This document shows positions 11,901 through 20,801 of a DNA stretch of 64,000 bases, piece by piece; position 1 is the first letter of the stretch; every line of letters starts with the position of its first letter. The notes below the pieces were generated by a model. It ran no database searches. It had not been told where the DNA came from and saw only the letters and a list, made by a program, of their open reading frames with translations. The position numbers and the translations under genes were made by a program. Source of the stretch: a virus; the IMG/VR virus record IMGVR_UViG_3300043410_001256, positions 1 through 64,000 of that record; one strand, written 5' to 3'.

Positions 11901-14900
11901 TAAGCCAATACCGCCTTGTACACGGACTGCGCCAGTTGTTGTGCTGGTACTTTGTGTGTCTGTTGTTACAACAATGTCATAGGCAATTTGACTGCTTGTT
12001 GTGGTTGCATTGCTTACTGTGGCACCAACGTAGTCAACCCAATATTTGTTTGTGCCGTCGTTGATATAGGTATAGTATACGTCTGTGTCTGTCTTGTACC
12101 AAACATCGCCCACCACCGGGTTGGTTGGTGCGCTGACCTGAGCATACTTACGCAAACCACCGCCAGTGATGTTGCCTGTTACAGCAAAGTCGCCACCAAT
12201 GGTTCCAGCACCAGTTACTGATAGGCTTGCAAGAGTACCAATGCCACCGTTTTCAATTGTTACACCACCAACAACTGCTTTGGTACCACTGCTGATAATA
12301 TTACCAACTGTTAGTACGCCAGATGAAGCTGTGATGCCACCAGCACTTAAATATGAACCGCTGGCTGTGATATTTCCTGTTGCTACAAGATTGCCGGTTG
12401 TACTAATACCTGCTGTTGTAGCAGTAATGCCATTGGCTGCTAGATATCCAACAACGTTGGCATTTGAATAAGTTCCTTCGTTGCCTGCTAGTATGCTTAC
12501 ACCGTTTGCGTATGTGAACAAGCTGGCGCTGATGTTTGTTGCAGATATGTTACCTGCATTTATATTACCGCTTACTCCGGCTCCACCTGTTACGACTAAA
12601 GCACCTGTAGTTGTGCTGGTACTTGGTGTTCCACTAACAATGGTTAAATCTTGTAGACTTTGTGGGCTTGTTGGGTTTGCGTTGCTGACGGTGGCACTGG
12701 TGTAGTCAACCCAGATGTTCTTAGTACCATCAGTGATGTATTGGTAGAATACATCTGTATCAGTTTTGTACCAAACATCGCCAACCACTGGATTTGTAGG
12801 AGCACTTATCTGTGCATACTTACGCAAGCCACCACCAGTTACATTACCAGTGATGTTGACATTACCAGTTACATCAATGTTTGCACCAAAAGTGGCTAGA
12901 CCAGTTACACCAATACTTGGCAAACTTGGCAAGGATCCATTTGTAATTTGCAGTCCACCAATTGTGGCTGTGGTGCCTGTGGCAACAATATTACCATTTG
13001 TAACACTTAGCCCTGCCGCACTAAAGTACTGTCCGGAGCTGATAATATTGCCAGACGCTGTAATTCTGTTAACTGCAATGTTTCCAGTTACGTTGGCATC
13101 ACTTAATACTTGTAGAGTATTGGTTTGTAGATTGTTATTTGCAGTTACATTATCTGCACGTAGGTTGCCACCAAAGTCAGCAATGCCTGTGGTATAGATA
13201 TTACCAATTAAGCCAATACCACCTTGTACTCGAATGGCTCCTGTGGTTGCACTTGTGCTTTGTGTGTCAGTTGTAACAACTATGTCGTAGGCAATCTGAC
13301 TACTTGTGATACTTGCGTTGCTAACTGTTGCGCCAGCAAAGTCAATCCAATATTTGTTTGTGCCATCATTGATATATTGATACAAGGTGTCTGTATCGGT
13401 TTTGTACCACTGGTCGCCAACTATTGGATTTGTAGGAGCATTGATTTGACTGTACTTGCGGATGCCGCCACCGGTAATGTTACCAGTGATAGCTAAGTCG
13501 CCTCCAATGGTGCCAGAACCAATGACATTCAGACTCGCAAGGCTACTAATACCGCCATTTTCAATGGTTAAACCGCCAACAACTGCCTTGGTACCACTGC
13601 TGATAATATTACCAGTGGTCAATACACCAGACAGCGCGGTAATGCCGCCAGCACTTAAATATGAGCCAGATGCTGTTAAGTTACCAGTTGTGGTAATTCC
13701 CGCAGAAGTGGCTGTAATGCCATTGGCTTCTAGATAACCAACAACATTGGCATTTGAATAGGTTCCCTGGTAATATCCAGAAAATATACTTACACCATTG
13801 GCGTAAGTAAAAATGCCTGCACTAACATTGTTTGCAGACACATTGCCTGCGTTTATGTTTCCGCTTACACCTGCGCCACCTTGTACTACCAAGGCACCAG
13901 TGGATGTGTTGGTACTTGGAGTACCGCTGACAATGGTTAGGTCTTGTAGACTTTGTGGTTGTGTGGGGCTTGCATTGCTTACTGTTGCACTGGTGTAGTC
14001 AACCCAGATGTTCTTAGTACCATCAGTGATATACTGGTAATAAACATCTGTGTCTGTTTTATACCAGACATCGCCAACAATTGGATTTGCAGGAGCAGAA
14101 ATTTGAGCATACTTACGCAGTCCACCACCTGTTACATTTCCAGTAACTGTCAGGTCTCCACCAATTGTGGCTGCACCTAATACACCCAGTGTTGGCAGAC
14201 TTGGCAAAGATCCATTGGTGATTACCAGTCCACCAATTGTGGCTGTGGTACCTGTAGCAACTATATTACCATTGGTTACACTCAAACCACCTGCGGAGAA
14301 ATATGAACCGGCCGCAGTTAGATTTCCGCCAATGGTTACATTGCTTGCACCCAAATAGCCAATAACGTTAGCATTGGAATATGTTCCTTGGTTGCCTTCT
14401 AAGATGCTTACACCGTTAGCGTATGTAAACAACCCAGCACTGATGTTGGTTGCAGATATATTGCCTGCATACACATTACCAGTTATACCAGCGCCACCTA
14501 GTACTTGTAGTGCGCCACTTGTGGTATTGGTAGCAGGATTACCAGAAACAACTCTTAGATCGCTAACAGTAGAATAGTCAGTGTTGACATTACCAACCGC
14601 GGCACTTACATAGTCTACCCAATATCTATTGGTGCCATCAAACACATAGGTGTAATAAACATCTGTGTCTGTTTTGTACCAAACGTCGCCCACCACTGGA
14701 GTGGTAGGAGCACTTACTTGTGCGTACTTGCGTAAGCCTCCTCCTGTGATGTTTCCAGTGACATCAAGATTTCCACTGACTGTTAAGTTTGCGCCAATGC
14801 TTGCTGTTGTTCCAACAGCTAAACTTCCGGTTGTGCTTAGACTTGCAATACCGCTGATAGCACCATTGGTAATAGTTAGTCCACCAATGGTAGCATTTGT

Positions 14901-16553
14901 GCCGCTGGCAACCACGTTGCCATTTGTTACGCTCAAACCACCAGCTGAGAAATATGTGCCAGCCGCAGTAAGATTAGCGGCAATAGTAACGTTTTGTAGG
15001 AAACTTGCGCTTTGGGCAGAAATGTTTCCGCCGATGGCCAAATTGCCGCCAGCATTGATATTACCACCAACACCTAGTCCGCCTTGTCCTACAATTACAA
15101 TAGCGCCTGTGGTTGTGTTTGTACTTGTAACGTTTTGGTTGGCTACAATGTTGCCACCAGAAATATTAACGTTACCAATTAAATTCAAATTACCTGTAAC
15201 ACCAACACCACCTGCTACAGTTAGAGCACCAGTTGTTGCACTAGTACTTGGAGTACCGCTGACAATGCCAATGTCATTTAGGCTTTGTTGGTTATATGCT
15301 GTGATGTTGGCAACAGTTGCACCTGCAATGTCAACCCAGTAATTGCCAGTGCCATCGCTTACATATTGATACAGAATATCTGTGCCAAGTTGATACCACT
15401 GATCACCAACAGTTGGATTTGTTGGTGCATTAGAACTGATTGTTTGTCTTACACCGCCGCCAGTAATGGTTCCACCAACATTTAAGTTGCCGCCAATACC
15501 TACGCCGCCAATGCCCGGAACAACGATTGCTCCAGTGGTAATGCTTGTACTTGGAATACGACTATTGGCAACGATTGCTCCACCAGCCCAGATATTTCCA
15601 CCAACTCCTAAACCACCAGGGCTTGCAATTTTAATTGCACCAGTTGTTTCGCTAGTAGAAGGAGTAACAGAACTGATAACTAGATCACTACCAAGTTGGC
15701 CTCCACCAAAACTTACAGAGCCACCTACATTCAAATTGCCAGTGATGCCAACCCCACCTACAACTTGTAGAGCACCTGTTGTAGTGCTGGTACTTTCCTG
15801 ACCACCGTTAACAGTTAGTTGTCCAACACTTTCTCCTGTAATAGGATTGATGTTAGCAATAGTGGCTCCACTGACGTCAATCCAGTATGCAGTTGCACCA
15901 TCTTGCAACCATTCATATAAAATATCTGTACCAATTTGATACCATTGGTCGCCTACTGCTGGATTATTTGGTGGAGTAGCACTGGTGAATACCTGAGGTA
16001 CACGCTTGCCTGCTTGATACAGTAATGTGGTGTTTACATTACCTGTGAGTACCAAATTGCCTGTTACATAATCATAACTGGTAGTAGTTGCACCACCAAT
16101 TACGTTGTTAACGTTGGCAAATTGTAGCTGTCCTGTTGAACCAGCTGGTTCAGCTGCTTGTACACCAAATGATAGATTTGTTGTACCTAGGTCAATATTA
16201 CCTGTTGTGGTTAGTTTGAAGGTTCTGTTTTTGTTAACATCACCTTCTTCAACCATTGTAACAATGGAAGGAGTAACTGCACCTAGTGCGCCACCTGAAC
16301 TAGCGTCTTTGGTTCTTTCCCAAATACCATTGCTGCCTGTACCTACTGCCTTGACATAATAGATACCGTTTTGTGCGGCATTGGCTTGTGCTTTAACTAG
16401 AATACGATCATAGAAATTCAATGTGACGCCGTCAACGGTGTTGGGCATCGCTGCCAACATTACGTTGCCTACGTCGGAGGTGGTTGCTACTCGGACACTT
16501 TGTTTCCAGTCCGTGTCAGGTATCTGACTATATCGTGGTCTTGTTAATGCCAT
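2901..16553 (-). CDS. Giant (4550 aa) repetitive fibre protein
   Basis: The N-terminal DWKQSVRVATT...DRILVK.Q...QNGIY domain is typical of phage fibres. 21 copies of P..P..GD.WY...D..Y.Y..DG....W.D are separated by G/T/N/S-rich shaft repeats. Late promoter upstream. Confidence 0.85.
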   Translation of the reverse strand: MALTRPRYSQIPDTDWKQSVRVATTSDVGNVMLAAMPNTVDGVTLNFYDRILVKAQANAAQNGIYYVKAVGTGSNGIWERTKDASSGGALGAVTPSIVTMVEEGDVNKNRTFKLTTTGNIDLGTTNLSFGVQAAEPAGSTGQLQFANVNNVIGGATTTSYDYVTGNLVLTGNVNTTLLYQAGKRVPQVFTSATPPNNPAVGDQWYQIGTDILYEWLQDGATAYWIDVSGATIANINPITGESVGQLTVNGGQESTSTTTGALQVVGGVGITGNLNVGGSVSFGGGQLGSDLVISSVTPSTSETTGAIKIASPGGLGVGGNIWAGGAIVANSRIPSTSITTGAIVVPGIGGVGIGGNLNVGGTITGGGVRQTISSNAPTNPTVGDQWYQLGTDILYQYVSDGTGNYWVDIAGATVANITAYNQQSLNDIGIVSGTPSTSATTGALTVAGGVGVTGNLNLIGNVNISGGNIVANQNVTSTNTTTGAIVIVGQGGLGVGGNINAGGNLAIGGNISAQSASFLQNVTIAANLTAAGTYFSAGGLSVTNGNVVASGTNATIGGLTITNGAISGIASLSTTGSLAVGTTASIGANLTVSGNLDVTGNITGGGLRKYAQVSAPTTPVVGDVWYKTDTDVYYTYVFDGTNRYWVDYVSAAVGNVNTDYSTVSDLRVVSGNPATNTTSGALQVLGGAGITGNVYAGNISATNISAGLFTYANGVSILEGNQGTYSNANVIGYLGASNVTIGGNLTAAGSYFSAGGLSVTNGNIVATGTTATIGGLVITNGSLPSLPTLGVLGAATIGGDLTVTGNVTGGGLRKYAQISAPANPIVGDVWYKTDTDVYYQYITDGTKNIWVDYTSATVSNASPTQPQSLQDLTIVSGTPSTNTSTGALVVQGGAGVSGNINAGNVSANNVSAGIFTYANGVSIFSGYYQGTYSNANVVGYLEANGITATSAGITTTGNLTASGSYLSAGGITALSGVLTTGNIISSGTKAVVGGLTIENGGISSLASLNVIGSGTIGGDLAITGNITGGGIRKYSQINAPTNPIVGDQWYKTDTDTLYQYINDGTNKYWIDFAGATVSNASITSSQIAYDIVVTTDTQSTSATTGAIRVQGGIGLIGNIYTTGIADFGGNLRADNVTANNNLQTNTLQVLSDANVTGNIAVNRITASGNIISSGQYFSAAGLSVTNGNIVATGTTATIGGLQITNGSLPSLPSIGVTGLATFGANIDVTGNVNITGNVTGGGLRKYAQISAPTNPVVGDVWYKTDTDVFYQYITDGTKNIWVDYTSATVSNANPTSPQSLQDLTIVSGTPSTSTTTGALVVTGGAGVSGNINAGNISATNISASLFTYANGVSILAGNEGTYSNANVVGYLAANGITATTAGISTTGNLVATGNITASGSYLSAGGITASSGVLTVGNIISSGTKAVVGGVTIENGGIGTLASLSVTGAGTIGGDFAVTGNITGGGLRKYAQVSAPTNPVVGDVWYKTDTDVYYTYINDGTNKYWVDYVGATVSNATTTSSQIAYDIVVTTDTQSTSTTTGAVRVQGGIGLIGNIYTTGIADFGGNLRAGNITANNNLQTNTLQVIGDTNVNKLTAIGNITSTGTYFSAAGLSMTDGNLVTTGTSATIAGLQITNGALPTLPTLGVTGLATFGANIDVTGNVNITGNVTGGGLRKYAQVSAPANPIVGDVWYKTDTDVFYQYITDGTKNIWVDYTSATVSNASPTQPQSLQDLTIVSGTPSTSTTTGALIVTGGAGVSGNINAGNISATNISAGLFTYANGVSILAGNEGTYSNANVLSYLAANGITVTSTGITTTGNITASGSYFSAAGLTVNNGNITTTGTTATISGLVITNGSLPSLPTLGVLGAATVGGDLTVTGNVTGGGIRKTTSISAPANPVVGDQWYKQDTDTLYQYINDGASNYWIDVAGATVSNARTTGDQIAYDIVVTTDTQSTSATTGAIRVQGGIGLIGNIYTTGIADFGGNLRAGNITANNNLQTNTLQVLSDTNVNKLTASGNITSAGNYFSAAGISVTNGNLVATGTTATIGGLVINNGGLPSLPTLGVIGAATFGANVDVTGNLNVTGNVTGGGLRKYAQISKPTNAVPGDVWYKTDTDVYYTYVNDGTNSYWIDYVGATVSNAAVDNSVNQDFTIASGTLSTDPNTGALVVVGGVGITGDINTTGDFTIDGTFTACTAVTAGYLNVADGIDSYGNVIIHGPGTANYTVQVRSSDAADNVLGIKTSAPGGGFTIDALNSELIGATPLGINANTFSIGIKNSVGTTVQADALKVDTAGNTSIAKTLSIGQHVNVTGNVTGSNANFTKVVATTANFTTLNLSGTLTVPTLNVTTSIDAPGIRKYAQVSAPANPTAGDVWYKTDTDVYYTYVNDGTSQYWIDYVGATVSNAATTAGTNQDFQIASGTESTNNLTGALTVVGGLGVSGNINANNINATTFVSTNIQSDHFYFANGVSLASGITGTYSNVNVAAYLAGSITTGDITSTGNIVGGGVRKTTSLTAPVNPVVGDLWYKTDTDVLYQYINDGANNVWVDYVGPTVSNAAVTSGTATDYQFTSGTPSTDPTTGAVTIAGGLGITGDIFTSGLANFGSNVTVNNLTANLNVQTTTLAVTANLVAGNISTGIATIARADIAGALTVGGDVTITGNIDAGGVRKYAQINAPANPIVGDVWYKTDTDVYYTYINDGTNKYWIDYVGATVSNASPTSLQSIQDLAVVGGTASTNTSTGAIVVAGGVGVSGNINAGNVSATNISASLFTYANGVSILAGNEGTYSNANVIGYLSAQGITTPAGNLISSGTYFSAGGLTVNAGNLTTTGTTATIAGLTINNGSLPSLPTLGVVGSATIGGDLEVTGNITGGGLRKYAQISAPANPIVGDVWYKTDTDVYYQYINDGTNSYWIDYSSATVSNASPTSPQSLQDLQIVSGTASTGTSTGALVVQGGAGVSGNINAGNIAAGTVSAGLFTYANGASILDGYYQGTYSDANVIAYLSSHDLSVGGNVSASGTYLSAAGLTVLNGNITASGTSATIGGLVITNGSLPSLPTLGVVGTATIGGDLSVTGNITGGGLRKYAQSSAPANPVLGDIWYKTDTDVYYTYVNDGTNNYWIDYTGPTVSNASVQAQQQLTDLQVVSGTQSTSPTTGALTISGGAGITGDIYTAGNVDIGGNVLVNNLTANNNIQASTLAVTNNATIGGTLSVGNVAVGNIAGYGFTTNNGNLVATGAYFSAAGLTALNGNLIATGTRAEIGGLVIENGGFAAIASLGVTGSATIGGDLAVTGNITGGGLRKYAQINAPANPVQGDIWYKTDTDVYYQYISDGTSSFWVDYTSATVANVTQSAQTVTDIYITSGTNSTDTSTGALRIAGGAGITGNVNIGESIAVAGNATLGNLDTGTINASSVHSQSVVTGTSFTYPNGVSILTGNEGTYSNANVADYLTAQGIGTDGGNLTATGSYFSAGGISALAGNVTIGNINGYGFTVANGNVIATGSYAQIGGLEIVNGGFGNLASLGVIGSATVGGDLAVTGNITGGGLRKYAQPNAPATPVVGDVWYKTDTDIYYQYITDGSSTYWVDFTSAAVANITAANAQYGYDVQFVSGTLSTDPQSGAVQVIGGVGITGNINATGQGTFADILTAQGLVSNTSITGASLSISSAASTGDLSVTGNVAVTGNITASGTYFSAAGVTVNNGNIVATGTTATIGGLVINNGALPALPSIGVLGSATIGGDLAVTGNITGGGIRKTTSVSAPANPTVGDIWYKQDTDVYYEYINDGTGTYWVDMVSPTVANVTQSAQTVSDISITSGTPSVNSTTGALTIAGGAGITGDLNVAGNASLGNLSTGTVNATGVNSTGTVNATGVNSTGVITATAFTYANNTSILDGYYQGFYSNSNVAGYIASQGITTAGGNLTASGSYFSAGGLSVTAGNISAYGLTTSNGNVIATGTYAKIGGLEIINGGFGSLASLDVVGAVTIGADLAVTGNITGGGLRKYAQSTAPANPVVGDVWYKTDTDIYYQYITDGTKNIWVDYTSATVADLTLANAQLGYDIQFVSGTLSTSPVTGAVQVIGGVGITGNVNATGSGTFADTLTAQIIISNTSIAGATLSLSSDAVVGGNLSVTGNATIGGNYFTAAGLTVLNGNINATGTTATIAGLTINNGALPTLLSIGVIGEATFGNVIVSGDISGGSIRKTTSITAPANPTIGDQWYKQDTDVLYQYINDGTSTHWVDVSGATIANVTQDFDGLGDFQTVGNIYGNNVIANGFISDNYYYANGVPFVTTTIANTADIIANTTNGFNLGVSLTTTGVGAGTYGSATSIPTISVDDKGRITNVTTNSVSTTVGLSGNVGTGSVNGGSTLFVVGVPNQIQTTVLGNTISIGLTPNITFQDFTVAGNLTVPGYINYAGGGLRTITSATPPDSPVNGDMWYQTGTDILYRYVNDGTSEYWLDLFSTPLRAILPSRDIGGDNGEVQWNDNGTFGANINFAFDKTTGTLKVERFRITNPTVPGTATSTGLKGEIAYDNEFVYICYANNLWARAPLYGW
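4935..5009. repeat. Exact 33-bp tandem repeat (2.3 copies), in frame within the giant fibre gene
   Basis: accagtggagtttactcctgtggcattaactgt occurs at 4935-4967 and 4968-5000, followed by accagtgga. It encodes (TVNATGVNSTG)x2. Confidence 0.95.
10290..14130 (-). repeat. Higher-order (AB)x3 repeat, period ~1.3 kb, inside the giant fibre gene
   Basis: QSLQDLTIVSGTPST units alternate with QIAYDIVVTTDTQSTS units. The B marker lies near 13290, 11980 and 10720 with near-identical DNA. Confidence 0.85.
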
Positions 16554-16576
16554 GGATTCTCGGTCTCAATTAATAC

Positions 16577-16584
16577 TATTTATG
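16577..16584 (-). promoter_or_regulatory. Late promoter (CATAAATA)
   Basis: Between the terminator and the start of the 4550-aa gene. Confidence 0.75.
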
Positions 16585-16611
16585 GAAAACAGACCAAATG
16601 AAAAACAGCCC

Positions 16612-16637
16612 AAAGAAAAAGCCCCTCCCGGGGCTTT
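16612..16637 (-). terminator. Rho-independent terminator after the 1369-aa gene
   Basis: Minus strand AAAGCCCC-GGGA-GGGGCTTT followed by TTCTTT. Confidence 0.85.
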
Positions 16638-16659
16638 CTCTTCTCTCGTCTCTTGCGGA

Positions 16660-19600
16660 TTACGCTTGAGATTCGATGTATGTGATCTGAACGTCAACGT
16701 TCGCTTGTGCGCCTTGAGCAGGAACAATGTTGAACGCAACGATCTCTGGACCATTTGGATATGTACCAGTACCTGGTAGGATTGATCCGCCAATTTCTTT
16801 GATCTTTGACAAGTCAATGAAACCAGAGTTCTGAGCACTAACTGGAATACTGAACAACTGTTCACCACCTTGTGCATATGGCTGACCGTTGTGTTGACCG
16901 GCTGCACGTGTATCCCACACGATAGTGTTAACACCCCACAATGTAGTTGGCTTATCACCAGCTGGGTAAACGTTAGCAACAAACTGTGTGAAGCTTGGCT
17001 GGTTGAAACCACCTGTTTGGTTAGTACCACCAATTGATCCACCTACGTTGAAACGAACGTTTAGCGGAGCCCAGTTTGCACTGATAACGTTACTTGGGTT
17101 TAGAACCGCTTGTAACAAGAAGCGTGGCTTCAAGCTCGCTGATGTATCAGCAATGTTGATGTACATGTTCTGTAACAACAACTGAGCGCGGTTGATCAAG
17201 TCTTTACTACCCAAGTCACCTGTAATAGCGTTTGTGATACTTGGTGCCAAGCGCATCATAAACAATGTCTGTACTTGTGTACCAAGAACGTTAACGTTTG
17301 CCAAGTTATATGTAAACTGGTATGTACGATCAATGTCGAACAAACCGTCTAGGATAACAGCAGAACCCCAGTGATTCAAGTCTGGTGAAGCTGTGATACT
17401 GAACAAACGAACCGCTGTATTAACAGTGTGTGCGCTACCTGTACCTTGTGGCAAGTCACCCATTGACAATGAGCGAGTTGCACCTAGGTTGTAGTTAGAT
17501 ATAACTGCACTACGTGTCAAACCACAGACGTTACCGTTGGCTGCGAAAGGACCAGCTGTATAAGTGATCAATTCGTCTTTTTCTGTTAAACCTACACCAG
17601 ATACCAAAATGGTTGCTGGGTAAGAAACGTTGGCTGTTGGGAAGCCTGTGATGCTGCCTAGGTTAACGTTACCTGTTTCGCTTGCACTTAAAGCAATACC
17701 TAAACGTGTGTAAACAGTGTTGTTTGCTGCCTTATAACGAGCTGGCAAGTTACCAGAACGCATATAAGCTTCATCGTTTACGTTGTTGTTCTTGCTACGA
17801 TGTGCCCAAATCATCTGACCGTCTGTGGTTCTCATACCCCAGTCAATAAAGCCTGCACCGTACCATGTGTACTGGATAGCAACCATCTGCATCTTGGTGC
17901 GATCAATTACGTATCCTGATGGACCTGTACCGTCTAGCTTGTCCTTGTTGAACTGGCTTTGTGGAACCAAGAACTCATCAACAACACTCATACGTGCGTT
18001 TTCTGCCGCAACAACACCACGATATGCTGGTGTTACGTACATGGTGTTCTGACTTTCAACACGGCTAACGCTGTGTGTCATACCACGGATAACAATTTGA
18101 TCACCTGCCAATAACTGATCTGAGAAACGTGATCTCACGTCACCAGTTACTTTATACTGGTTAGTACCAATGTTCACACGACCTAGTGTGTCGCGAGTTG
18201 CTGTACGACGACCTGCATACAGTTGTTGTCCGTCATAGTGCCAGAACACACCGTTTTGGTCATCAAACATACCAACGCGGACCTTAGCACCGTGCCAGTT
18301 GTTTAGACTGAATTTAGGGAAACTACCATATTGTGGAGTAGTTGCACCTAGTACTTGAGTTGCTAGAACTGTAAATTGGTTCTGTGCTGTTACGCTGGCA
18401 ACACGATAGAATGTGTTGTAACCAGTTGTTGTAACACCAGCGATCTGTACGTTAGCACCAATTTGTAGACCATGGTCTAGTTCTGTAGTGACTGTAACTG
18501 TACTACCAATACTTGTACCTGTAGCAACAATGTTTGTTACTGTAAACTGTGGTGTTAGGCTGATACCAGTTGTAAACATCATGCCCTTACCAGACTGGTA
18601 GCGGAAGTACTTCTTGGTTTGACGAACTGCTTCGTAACCAAATGCTGGTGCGTTAACACCAATGTTAGTACCACCATCCAGCGGACGATGACGTACCAAG
18701 CTGGTTGGGAACATAATAACGTTACCGCTGATCAAGCTAACTGTACCAACGTTACCAAATGTAGTTACTGCGTTACCAACGGCAGCACCTGGCTTAGACA
18801 CAAATGTAAATTGTGTTGAGTATGGTACGCTGTTAATAGCAAAAACACCAGAAGCGTGTGTGTTAGCGTTAGTAGAACCAAACAATGCTGTTTGTACTAA
18901 CTGTCCTGGATACAAGCCATGTGGCTCAGTAGTTGTAACAGTAATAGTACTTGGTGTACCAGCGTTAGAAACAATGCTTGAATAAGCAACGTTAGCACCA
19001 GAGAATACACCACCCTTACGAATTGTTACGTCAGTTAAAGCACTAACTGGGTTCAATTGCCAACCAACCTCACGGTTTGGAGCAATCTTTGGATAGTAAG
19101 CGGCGTAGTGGACGTCGTTAATAGTGTTGAAGAAGATACCTTCAACGTTGGCGTTGTTCAAGCCTAGTGTAGAAATATATGCGTTGGCGTTACTTACGCC
19201 AGGTGCGGCAAACAATGCGGTGCTCCATGCTGTACCGTTGGCAAAGTAGCCACCGTTGAATGTGTTTGCACCAAATTGTGAACTTGGAATACCGTGTGAG
19301 TTAGCGTTAACACCAATAACTGGAACACTAACGTTACCAGCAACGAATACACCGGCTGCTGTAACAACTAGAGAACCTGCATAAATGTTAGTCAATGCAA
19401 CTGTACCAAGTTGACCACGACGGAAACCAGCTGAACCGTTTTGTCCTACAGCAGGAGTTGTGTTCATAATGATTTCAACGTTACCGTTGACACCACTACC
19501 AACTGCACTAGGACCGTTACCTAGGCCTGGGCTGAATTCGCTGAACATGTTAACCTTACCAACAATGGTACCTGGGTTAAACTGTGGAGAAGCGTTGGTG

Positions 19601-20769
19601 TTCATGAAACCACGTGTAACTGTCAGCATGTTCAAGTTTTGATCAACGCTGTCAACACGAACGATTTCAATGTTAGAAGCTAAACCAATGGTTGCACTTT
19701 GTGCCAAACGCTTGATACGTGCGCCCAATGGAATGTTGTCGCCTTGGTAGTTTGTACCAAATAGCTGACGAAGAACTGTTAGAGAAGCTGTACCGCCACC
19801 GCCAGTAACAGCCATCAATTCGTATTGACCGCCGGTATTGGTTTCAACAGCAAGAATATCACCAGTTGCACCACTGGTTGTGTTAGCTGCCAATGTGGTT
19901 GTACCAGTAGAGCTGATTGCTGTTGCTACTGTTAAAATATCTTGATCTGGAATACCAATCAAGGCAGCAATGTCACCAGCGTTCCAATAGTTAACATCAC
20001 GTGTGACTGTGAATGTACGTTGTAGTACACCACCGTTGGATTGTGTAATGTTACGACCACCTGCAATCAATGCAGAGTTAGCTATCCAGGTAGTACCACG
20101 TGGTGATGTAGAGCTTGTGCCATAGCCTTGGTTAACAACGATCTTGTAATCGTTGGTGTAGTGTACAGGAGCGGTGTTACCTAAGTAACCAGCTTGTCCA
20201 CCAAGGAAACCTTGGTTCAAGAAACCAATGGTAGTTGTAGTACCAGCGGCAATAGCACCAGTTGTTAGGGTTGCATAACCAAAAACGTTGGCAAGAACAT
20301 CAGAACCAGGAACTTCATATGAAGTTGGAGTATTGAATACGTGTGTCCATGAAGCCCACTTGGTTTGTTGTAGACCATATTCAAAGTCAGCGTCAATCAA
20401 TGACTGAGGCATCGCAACACGCTGACGTTCTACAGCGTCGACACCAAAGTCATGAGTGCGAACACGCATCTCTGTAGTTTCAACAAAGATCTGTAGTTTG
20501 TCATTGGCACTCATTGTGCTGGTGTCAAGCTTCAGAGTCAGTGTTGTTACACCGTTCATTGCTGATGGGAATGTGGTAATGTCATTTGGATCTGTTGTGA
20601 ACGCAAATGCACCACGTGTGCTGTCGCTAAAATTATAGATTACTGTGTTAGTAGTAACGTTAGTAATCATTAGGATGTCTTTTAGTTGATAAACATCCGG
20701 AATCTTCACTGTACCGCTATTTGCAGCGCCTGGAGTGAAAGTGTAGTATTGTATACTTTTTCTTGCCAT
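16660..20769 (-). CDS. Large virion structural protein (1369 aa), beta-rich, possibly with a lectin-like domain
   Basis: Long ORF with its own late promoter and terminator. I recall the blocks DADFEYGLQ.TKW, RQTKKYFRYQSGKG, GMFDDQNG and YTWYGAG from structural proteins of T4-like aquatic phages. Contains HGL..G..V repeats. Confidence 0.7.
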   Translation of the reverse strand: MARKSIQYYTFTPGAANSGTVKIPDVYQLKDILMITNVTTNTVIYNFSDSTRGAFAFTTDPNDITTFPSAMNGVTTLTLKLDTSTMSANDKLQIFVETTEMRVRTHDFGVDAVERQRVAMPQSLIDADFEYGLQQTKWASWTHVFNTPTSYEVPGSDVLANVFGYATLTTGAIAAGTTTTIGFLNQGFLGGQAGYLGNTAPVHYTNDYKIVVNQGYGTSSTSPRGTTWIANSALIAGGRNITQSNGGVLQRTFTVTRDVNYWNAGDIAALIGIPDQDILTVATAISSTGTTTLAANTTSGATGDILAVETNTGGQYELMAVTGGGGTASLTVLRQLFGTNYQGDNIPLGARIKRLAQSATIGLASNIEIVRVDSVDQNLNMLTVTRGFMNTNASPQFNPGTIVGKVNMFSEFSPGLGNGPSAVGSGVNGNVEIIMNTTPAVGQNGSAGFRRGQLGTVALTNIYAGSLVVTAAGVFVAGNVSVPVIGVNANSHGIPSSQFGANTFNGGYFANGTAWSTALFAAPGVSNANAYISTLGLNNANVEGIFFNTINDVHYAAYYPKIAPNREVGWQLNPVSALTDVTIRKGGVFSGANVAYSSIVSNAGTPSTITVTTTEPHGLYPGQLVQTALFGSTNANTHASGVFAINSVPYSTQFTFVSKPGAAVGNAVTTFGNVGTVSLISGNVIMFPTSLVRHRPLDGGTNIGVNAPAFGYEAVRQTKKYFRYQSGKGMMFTTGISLTPQFTVTNIVATGTSIGSTVTVTTELDHGLQIGANVQIAGVTTTGYNTFYRVASVTAQNQFTVLATQVLGATTPQYGSFPKFSLNNWHGAKVRVGMFDDQNGVFWHYDGQQLYAGRRTATRDTLGRVNIGTNQYKVTGDVRSRFSDQLLAGDQIVIRGMTHSVSRVESQNTMYVTPAYRGVVAAENARMSVVDEFLVPQSQFNKDKLDGTGPSGYVIDRTKMQMVAIQYTWYGAGFIDWGMRTTDGQMIWAHRSKNNNVNDEAYMRSGNLPARYKAANNTVYTRLGIALSASETGNVNLGSITGFPTANVSYPATILVSGVGLTEKDELITYTAGPFAANGNVCGLTRSAVISNYNLGATRSLSMGDLPQGTGSAHTVNTAVRLFSITASPDLNHWGSAVILDGLFDIDRTYQFTYNLANVNVLGTQVQTLFMMRLAPSITNAITGDLGSKDLINRAQLLLQNMYINIADTSASLKPRFLLQAVLNPSNVISANWAPLNVRFNVGGSIGGTNQTGGFNQPSFTQFVANVYPAGDKPTTLWGVNTIVWDTRAAGQHNGQPYAQGGEQLFSIPVSAQNSGFIDLSKIKEIGGSILPGTGTYPNGPEIVAFNIVPAQGAQANVDVQITYIESQA

Positions 20770-20801
20770 TTTGGTCTACCTTATGGTTAATATGCTTCTT
20801 T

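Noticed and set aside
2901-16553. Regularly spaced near-identical DNA segments resembling a CRISPR or TIGR-like array
   Set aside because: The spacing is hundreds of bp, the copies differ at synonymous positions, all are in frame in one ORF, and no cas or Nop-domain gene is present.
16552-17042. ORFs 16552-16779(+) and 16566-17042(-)
   Set aside because: They overlap the 1369-aa gene and cross its terminator and the next late promoter.
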